This document shows positions 57,994 to 64,000 of a stretch of DNA of 64,000 nucleotides, piece after piece; position 1 is the stretch's first letter, and every line of letters begins with the position of its first letter. The position numbers were made by a program, and so were the translations under genes. This DNA comes from an uncultured Clostridia bacterium (lineage in GTDB: Bacteria; Bacillota; Clostridia; Christensenellales; Borkfalkiaceae). The DNA is taken from contig CANOUP010000003.1 in the NCBI GenBank assembly GCA_947570625.1, forward strand, positions 19,239 through 83,238, given 5' to 3'. The notes under the pieces are model-generated. The model searched no databases. It had not been told where the DNA came from and was given only the letters and a program-made list of their open reading frames with translations.

Positions 57994-60090
57994 ATGGAAA
58001 TTTTTGTCGCAAAAAACAGCGGGTTTTGTAAAGGAGTAGAATACGCTGTAAATACAGCCCTCGGTCTGGATTCAAAAAACGCTTATATCTTAGGCGAAAT
58101 AATCCACAACGCCGACGTTGTCAGGGCGATAAAGGATAAGGGTCTTAAAGTCGTCGAAAGGATCGAAGAAGTTCCCGACGGAAGCACTCTTGTTTTCCGT
58201 TCCCACGGCGTTCCCCGCGATTATTACGCCGAGTGCTCTAAGAGGAATATCAAAGTTATCGACTGTACTTGCGGGTTTGTCAAGCGCACGCAGAAAATCG
58301 TAGACGAACAAAGCTCGCTCGGAAAATTCATCGTTATTGCAGGTGAACCTACCCATCCCGAAGTTATAGGGTTATTGGGATGGTGCAAAAGCCATGCGGT
58401 AGTTTTGAATAATCCTGAAGATATTCCGCAGTATCTTGCCGAAGAAAGTCTGTGTATAGTAAGCCAGACAACGTTTTCGGCAGAAAAATTCGAAAAAATT
58501 ATAAAAAATATTAAAAAACTGTGTGAAAAAACAGTTGCTGTTTTCAAGACGATTTGTTATACTACTATCGAACGGCAAAAAGAAACCGAAAAACTTGCGT
58601 CAAAGTGCGAAGCAATGCTTGTAGTCGGCGGGCTCAACAGCAGTAACACCAACAAATTATACGAGATTGCTTTAAAAAATTGCAGTAATGTTTTTCGGCT
58701 TTCGAACGCTGAAAACATGGATTATTCCAAAATAAAAAAATTCAAAAGTGTAGGTATTGTTTCAGGGGCGTCAACCCCGAATGCGCAAACCCGGGAGGTT
58801 CTCTTAAAGATGGAAGAAAACACAGAAGTTAAGGCAACGAATTCAATGGCGGATGTAGTTGCTAAAATCGACAACGAATCGAAGTTCAAGAAAGGTCAGA
58901 TTGTTCAGGCTACGATTTCGCAAGCCAACGACGACGGCTTGCAGATATTACTGCCTTTCTCAAAGAAAGAAATAGCTTTGAGCAAAGATGAACTTGATTG
59001 CGATGAGTACAGCGCCGACAGCTATGTCGAAAAAATCGGCGAGTCTATCGATTTGCTTGTAGTTGAGCTTAAGCCCAGTCTCAAATTGTCCCAGAAAATG
59101 ATAAGGACTTTGAAAGAGGAAGAAGCTTTGAGCGCCGAGATTGAAGCGGGAAAAGAATTTTCCGTCGTATGTACAGGCACCAACAAGGGTGGACTTGTAT
59201 CTCAGCTCGGTACTTTCTCGGTATTTGTGCCCGCCAAAGAAATCCGTCCCGGTTTTGTAAAAGATTTGTCTAAATACGAAGGTAAAACGCTTCGTTTGCG
59301 CGCTCTTGAAATAAGAAAGACGGGAAGAAAAGAAATCATTGCATCCCAGCGCGTTATTTTACAGGAAGAGCACGAAGTAAAAGAAGCCGCCAAGCTTGCT
59401 AAAGAAGAAGAATTTTTCGCGAATATCGCAGTAGGCGATATCGTCGAAGGCAAGGTAGAGAGAGCTACCAATTTCGGCGCGTTTGTTTCTGTTAACGGTT
59501 TTGACTGTCTTGCGCATATTTCAGACCTTTCCTGGACGGGCGTGGATTCCGTAAAAGACGTTCTCGAAATAGGCAATACTTACAAATTTAAAGTGCTTAA
59601 AATCGACAAAGAAAATAAAAAGGTTTCTATCGGCTATAAACAGCTTCAACCCCAGCCTTGGGAACTTGCCGAAGGTAAATACGAAGTCGGCGAAGTTATT
59701 CACGGCAAGGTTGTAAGAATCGTTCCTTTCGGCGCGTTCGTTGAAGTTGAAAAAGGAATAGACGGACTTGTTCACGTTTCTCAGATTTGTTATGAGAGAA
59801 TAGAAACGCCTTCAACGGTTCTCAATGTCGGCGACGAAGTCGATGCGAAAATAATCGCGCTTGATACTTCGGCAAAGAAAATGAACCTCTCCATTAAGGC
59901 AATTCTTCCCGAACCCGAAAGGGCTCCCCGTGCAAATAAAAATGCAAACGGTGAAGATGGCGAAGATAAGCGTAAGTCGCGCTTCACAAGAAGAGCGTCA
60001 AACAACGATGACGAGCTTTCTACATGGAGCGAAGGAAGCATTTCCGGAACTTCGATTGCAGATTTGATTGCAAGCCAGAAGAAAAACTAA
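57994..60090 (+). CDS. ispH: IspH (LytB) fused to ribosomal protein S1-type repeats
   Basis: The N-terminal part is 4-hydroxy-3-methylbut-2-enyl diphosphate reductase (GFCKGV...). Several S1 domains follow (GAFVSVNGFDCLAHISD, GAFVEVEKGIDGLVHVSQ). Confidence 0.88.
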   Translation: MEIFVAKNSGFCKGVEYAVNTALGLDSKNAYILGEIIHNADVVRAIKDKGLKVVERIEEVPDGSTLVFRSHGVPRDYYAECSKRNIKVIDCTCGFVKRTQKIVDEQSSLGKFIVIAGEPTHPEVIGLLGWCKSHAVVLNNPEDIPQYLAEESLCIVSQTTFSAEKFEKIIKNIKKLCEKTVAVFKTICYTTIERQKETEKLASKCEAMLVVGGLNSSNTNKLYEIALKNCSNVFRLSNAENMDYSKIKKFKSVGIVSGASTPNAQTREVLLKMEENTEVKATNSMADVVAKIDNESKFKKGQIVQATISQANDDGLQILLPFSKKEIALSKDELDCDEYSADSYVEKIGESIDLLVVELKPSLKLSQKMIRTLKEEEALSAEIEAGKEFSVVCTGTNKGGLVSQLGTFSVFVPAKEIRPGFVKDLSKYEGKTLRLRALEIRKTGRKEIIASQRVILQEEHEVKEAAKLAKEEEFFANIAVGDIVEGKVERATNFGAFVSVNGFDCLAHISDLSWTGVDSVKDVLEIGNTYKFKVLKIDKENKKVSIGYKQLQPQPWELAEGKYEVGEVIHGKVVRIVPFGAFVEVEKGIDGLVHVSQICYERIETPSTVLNVGDEVDAKIIALDTSAKKMNLSIKAILPEPERAPRANKNANGEDGEDKRKSRFTRRASNNDDELSTWSEGSISGTSIADLIASQKKN

Positions 60091-60105
60091 TTTAACTTTA
60101 AATGC

Positions 60106-60145
60106 AAAGGGAGCAACATTCAGTTGCTCCCTTTAAATATTTTTG
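60106..60145 (+). terminator. Intrinsic terminator after ispH-S1
   Basis: aaagggagcaac-attca-gttgctcccttt followed by T-rich sequence. Confidence 0.75.
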
Positions 60146-60213
60146 TTTCAGTTTAATGCGGTAAAAATACGTTTATATAAATTATGATTTATTTTACGTT
60201 AAAGGAGTATGTT

Positions 60214-62001
60214 ATGAAACGCGAAGGCAATATAAAAATTTCAAGCGAAAATATGATGCCGATTATAAAGAAATGGCTATATTCGGATAAGGACATCTTT
60301 TTAAGGGAAATTGTTGCAAACGGAATCGACGCTATTACCAAATATAGCAAGCTTGTAAAAATGGGCGAAGCCGAAAATAACGGCACGGAATATTGCGTTA
60401 AAATTTTCGTAGACAAAAAAGCGAAAACGCTTACAGTCGAGGATAACGGTATCGGTATGACCGAAGAAGAGGTCGAAAATTATATTACGCAGATTGCTTT
60501 CTCGGGCGCTTCCGACTTTCTTTCAAAATACGAGAAGGCGGGAGGTGACGGGATAATAGGTCATTTCGGTTTAGGTTTTTATTCCGCATATATGGTTTCG
60601 GAGAACGTGGAAATATTCACGAAATCATATAAAGACGTTCCCGCTGTTCATTGGGAGTCAGACGGCAACGCAACATACAGTATCGAAGAATGCGACAGAA
60701 AAGACCGCGGTACGAAAATCGTAATGCATATTTCCGCGGAAGAGAAAGAGTTTCTCGAAGAGAGCACAATAAAAGAACTTGTAAGAAAATACTGCTCTTT
60801 TATGCCCTTTAACGTATATGTTTCGTACAAGGGTGACGGCAAGGACGAGCCGTTAAATTCAACTTTGCCCCTCTATGCGAAAAATCCCAAGGATTGCACG
60901 GACGAGGACTATAAAAAGTTTTACCGCGATACGTTTATGGATTTTAACGAACCTATATTCTGGGTGCACCTGAATATGGATTATCCTTTCAATCTTAAAG
61001 GTATTCTTTATTTCCCTAAGGTTAAAAACAAACTCGAACTCGAACGCGGTAAAGTCAAACTTTATTGTAATCAGGTATTTATTGCCGATAATATCAAAGA
61101 AGTTATACCCGAATTTTTAATGCTTCTCAACGGCGTTATCGACTGTCCCGATATTCCGTTAAACGTATCGCGCAGTTTCTTGCAGAACGACAGGGAAGTT
61201 CAGAAAATAAGCAAACATATTACAAAAAAAGTTGCAGAAAAATTAACTTCTTTATTTAAAAACGATAGAGAAAAATATAATACTTGCTGGGAAGATACGT
61301 CCAACTTTATTAAATTCGGCTGTATAAAGGACGAAGAATTCTATAATAAAGTTAAAGACATCATAATCTATAAAGATTTGGACGGCAATTTTGTCAATTT
61401 CAAAGAGTTGCTTGGGGAAGAAGAAATCAAGGAACCCAAGACGGTTTATTATGCTTCCGACGAATTACAGCAGGCGCAATACATTAAAATGTTTAAAGAC
61501 GCAGGGCTTAAAGCAATACTGTGCGACACGTTTATCGACCCTCATTTTTTAAGCTTTATCGAATATAAAACTCCCGATAAACTTAAATTTATGAGAATAG
61601 ACGCAGACATTGACGGCGCGTTGAAGGACGGCGACGGCGCCGAGGACAGCGTTCTTGCTGAAATTTTCAAAAATGCGATAGGCGACGATAAAGTGACGGT
61701 CAAGTTTGAAAAGCTGAAAAGCAATGTGCCTGCTTTGATAATAGCAGACGAGTTTATGCGCCGTTATGCCGAAATGGGTCAGCTTTACGGAATGTCAAGC
61801 GGAGATATCGCCAAAACAATGATTGTAAACATTGCAAATCCTTTAATCGGCAAGCTTAAAGATTTAAGCGAAGAAAAGCAAAAGTTTGTTGCAGGATACG
61901 TCTATTCGCTGGCGTTGCTTTCTTTCAAAAAGCTTGAAGCGGAGGAACTCGATAAATTTATCAATGCAAATCTGACGTTGCTTGAAGATTATGTAAAGTA
62001 A
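60214..62001 (+). CDS. htpG: Molecular chaperone HtpG (Hsp90)
   Basis: YSDKDIFLREIVANGIDA and EDNGIGMT. Start at ATG 60214 behind aaaggag. Confidence 0.92.
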   Translation: MKREGNIKISSENMMPIIKKWLYSDKDIFLREIVANGIDAITKYSKLVKMGEAENNGTEYCVKIFVDKKAKTLTVEDNGIGMTEEEVENYITQIAFSGASDFLSKYEKAGGDGIIGHFGLGFYSAYMVSENVEIFTKSYKDVPAVHWESDGNATYSIEECDRKDRGTKIVMHISAEEKEFLEESTIKELVRKYCSFMPFNVYVSYKGDGKDEPLNSTLPLYAKNPKDCTDEDYKKFYRDTFMDFNEPIFWVHLNMDYPFNLKGILYFPKVKNKLELERGKVKLYCNQVFIADNIKEVIPEFLMLLNGVIDCPDIPLNVSRSFLQNDREVQKISKHITKKVAEKLTSLFKNDREKYNTCWEDTSNFIKFGCIKDEEFYNKVKDIIIYKDLDGNFVNFKELLGEEEIKEPKTVYYASDELQQAQYIKMFKDAGLKAILCDTFIDPHFLSFIEYKTPDKLKFMRIDADIDGALKDGDGAEDSVLAEIFKNAIGDDKVTVKFEKLKSNVPALIIADEFMRRYAEMGQLYGMSSGDIAKTMIVNIANPLIGKLKDLSEEKQKFVAGYVYSLALLSFKKLEAEELDKFINANLTLLEDYVK

Positions 62002-62005
62002 ATTT

Positions 62006-62030
62006 GCGCGGTTAAAAACCGCGCTTTTTT
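62006..62030 (+). terminator. Intrinsic terminator after htpG
   Basis: gcgcggtt-aaa-aaccgcgc followed by tttttt. Confidence 0.8.
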
Positions 62031-62136
62031 GTTTGCCATAAATGGAAGAATTTACAAAATAATTCAACTTTTTTCTGTTTGTGTATTGAAAAATGGTTTT
62101 ATTTATGTTAAAATAGTTAAGGTATAGCGGTGGGAT

Positions 62137-63996
62137 ATGACAAACGAAATTCGCCTTGAAAGCTTTCATAATAAGACTGATGGTTTTTTGTACGAATTTT
62201 TCGGTTGCCATAAAGTTGAGGATAACGAATACGTATTCAGAGTATGGGCACCGCACGCCGATAATGTCAGCTTAATCGGTACATTCAACGGCTGGGACGA
62301 AGGTTGCAGTGTTATGCGGAAGATGTCTGACGGTGAAAGTTTTGAAATTACCGTCAAAGCATCTGAAGGCGACAGTTATAAATTCTGTATTTTTACCGCC
62401 GACGGAAGAAAGCTGTATAAAACCGACCCGTTTGCTTTTTTATACGGATACCCGGACTGTTCTTATGCAAGAGTATATAATTTACCTGAAAAGGCTCCTA
62501 AGGTTTACCGCAATCCGGGTATCGGACAACCTATAAATATTTACGAAGTAAATTTACTTTCCTGGAAACGTCATAAGGATAAGTCATATTATTCTTACGC
62601 TGACCTTGAAAAGACGCTTGTACCGTATGTAAAGGCAATGGGATACACCCACGTCGAGTTTATGCCGGTCACCGAATTTCCGTTTGACGGCTCATGGGGT
62701 TATCAGGTTACGGGTTATTTCGCCGTTACTTCCAGACTCGGCACGCCCGAACAGTTCAAAAGCCTTGTCCGCGCTTTTCACAATGCAGGTATAGGCGTTA
62801 TACTCGATTGGGTTCCCGCTCATTTTCCAAAGGACGATTGGGGATTATACGAGTTCGACGGTCAACCGCTCTATGAATGTCCTTTGTGGGACAGAATGGA
62901 ACATACAGGGTGGGGCACAAGAAAATTTGATTTCGGCAGAAATGAAGTCGACAACTTCTTATTGTCGTCAGCCTTATTTTTCCTTGAATACTACGGCATT
63001 GACGGGTTCAGGGTCGATGCCGTTGCTTCAATGCTTTATCTCGATTACGATAAAGAATACGGAAACTGGACTTCTAATATCTACGGCGATAACAGAAATC
63101 TGGAAGCAATTGAATTTTTGAAAAAGTTCAATATTGCGGTAAAACGGTATTTTCCCGATACGCTGAGTATTGCCGAAGAATCGGCGGTTTATCCTAATTT
63201 AACAAAGCCTGTCGAAAACGGCGGTCTCGGGTTCGACTATAAATGGAATATGGGGTGGATGAACGACGTGTTGTTTTATTGCCGTCAGGACCCTTATTTC
63301 AGGAGTCATCACCATAATAAGCTAACGTTCTCGATGGTGTATTCGTTTTCGGAAAATTTTATTTTGCCCGTTTCTCATGACGAAGTCGTTCACGTGAAAG
63401 GGTCTGTAGTAAATAAAATGCCGGGCGACTACGATAATAAATTTGCAGGTGAAAGAGCGTTTCTCGGTTTTATGTATGCTCATCCCGGTAAAAAACTCAA
63501 CTTTATGGGCTATGAAGTTGCCCAGTTTAAAGAATGGGACTATACTTCGGGCATTGAATTTTTTTTGAAGAAGTTCGACAAACACCGCAAGATGAGCGCG
63601 TTTGTAAAAGCTTTGAACTTTTTTTATGCCGTAAATAAGCCTTTATACGAAATAGAGGACAGTTGGGAAGGTTTTAAGTGGATTGTCGTAGACGATAAAT
63701 ACAATAATCTGATAGCTTTCGACAGGTATTCGCGCGACGGACAAAGTATTACGGTCATAATTAATTTTTCAGGCATAGATATTAACGGTTACAAAATAGA
63801 TATAGAAGAGGGCAGTTACCGCATTGTTTTTAATTCGGACAGTAAAAAGTTCGGCGGTAACGGAACGCTTAAAAAGAGAATATTTAAAACGATAAAAAGC
63901 GGACAGTACGGGAAACACTGTATTTATGTAGACGTTCCCAAACTGACCTGCATTTATTTAATAAAGAATACAATTTTGGGGGATTCAAAATGCTAA
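62137..63996 (+). CDS. glgB: 1,4-alpha-glucan branching enzyme
   Basis: GH13 branching-enzyme motifs: GVILDWVPAHF, GFRVDAV, IAEES and SHDEVVH. Confidence 0.92.
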   Translation: MTNEIRLESFHNKTDGFLYEFFGCHKVEDNEYVFRVWAPHADNVSLIGTFNGWDEGCSVMRKMSDGESFEITVKASEGDSYKFCIFTADGRKLYKTDPFAFLYGYPDCSYARVYNLPEKAPKVYRNPGIGQPINIYEVNLLSWKRHKDKSYYSYADLEKTLVPYVKAMGYTHVEFMPVTEFPFDGSWGYQVTGYFAVTSRLGTPEQFKSLVRAFHNAGIGVILDWVPAHFPKDDWGLYEFDGQPLYECPLWDRMEHTGWGTRKFDFGRNEVDNFLLSSALFFLEYYGIDGFRVDAVASMLYLDYDKEYGNWTSNIYGDNRNLEAIEFLKKFNIAVKRYFPDTLSIAEESAVYPNLTKPVENGGLGFDYKWNMGWMNDVLFYCRQDPYFRSHHHNKLTFSMVYSFSENFILPVSHDEVVHVKGSVVNKMPGDYDNKFAGERAFLGFMYAHPGKKLNFMGYEVAQFKEWDYTSGIEFFLKKFDKHRKMSAFVKALNFFYAVNKPLYEIEDSWEGFKWIVVDDKYNNLIAFDRYSRDGQSITVIINFSGIDINGYKIDIEEGSYRIVFNSDSKKFGGNGTLKKRIFKTIKSGQYGKHCIYVDVPKLTCIYLIKNTILGDSKC

Positions 63997-64000
63997 GAAA

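Overview
This 64-kb chromosomal segment has the gene content and order of a Clostridia-class Firmicute (inference from cmk-plsC-ispH/S1 synteny, groES-groEL and codon/GC style). Housekeeping genes flank a roughly 40.9-kb segment (6651-47583). On the left are miaA, a ynbB-like PLP enzyme, groES-groEL, dCMP deaminase, cyclophilin and purB. On the right are tRNA-Trp, a proC-like gene, rnhA, a TVP38-family membrane protein, a Na+-translocating decarboxylase operon, a flavoprotein, an aroH-cmk fusion, plsC, an ispH-S1 fusion, htpG and glgB. The 40.9-kb segment is delimited by an exact 17-bp direct repeat of the tRNA-Trp 3' end, and a decayed tyrosine-integrase fragment and 12-bp tandem repeats sit next to the intact tRNA. 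That is the architecture of a tRNA-linked genomic island. Its left arm (about 6668-10200) is conspicuously AT-rich and carries a tightly coupled three-gene cassette (7011-9730). The cassette encodes a 562-aa protein with a C-terminal HEPN-type RNRFAH motif, a 207-aa minimal Pol-beta-fold nucleotidyltransferase (GS...DMD...D), and a 133-aa ORF resembling only the N-terminal half of AbiD/F (Abi_2). I cannot assign this cassette to a named defence system, and it is my best candidate for an uncharacterised abortive-infection or toxin-antitoxin-like module. A tRNA-like 3' fragment with flanking short repeats (9875-10002) ends this arm. The island interior has host-like GC. It holds a DNA-damage-tolerance cluster (small ORF-dinB, SRAP, brnT/brnA, ku, ligase-only ligD) and a promoter-to-terminator structured RNA or MITE-like element (14738-14945). 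It also holds about 31 kb of glycan-utilisation and L-rhamnose catabolism genes in two transcription units that share an AraC-type operator/promoter design. These units include a frameshifted large glycoside hydrolase, a 2056-aa modular lipoprotein with three tandem ~1-kb modules, GH43, a DUF4965-like protein, GH37-like and GH31 enzymes, ABC transport genes and rhaB-rhaA-rhaD-ROK-fucO. No CRISPR array, rRNA or intact transposase was seen.
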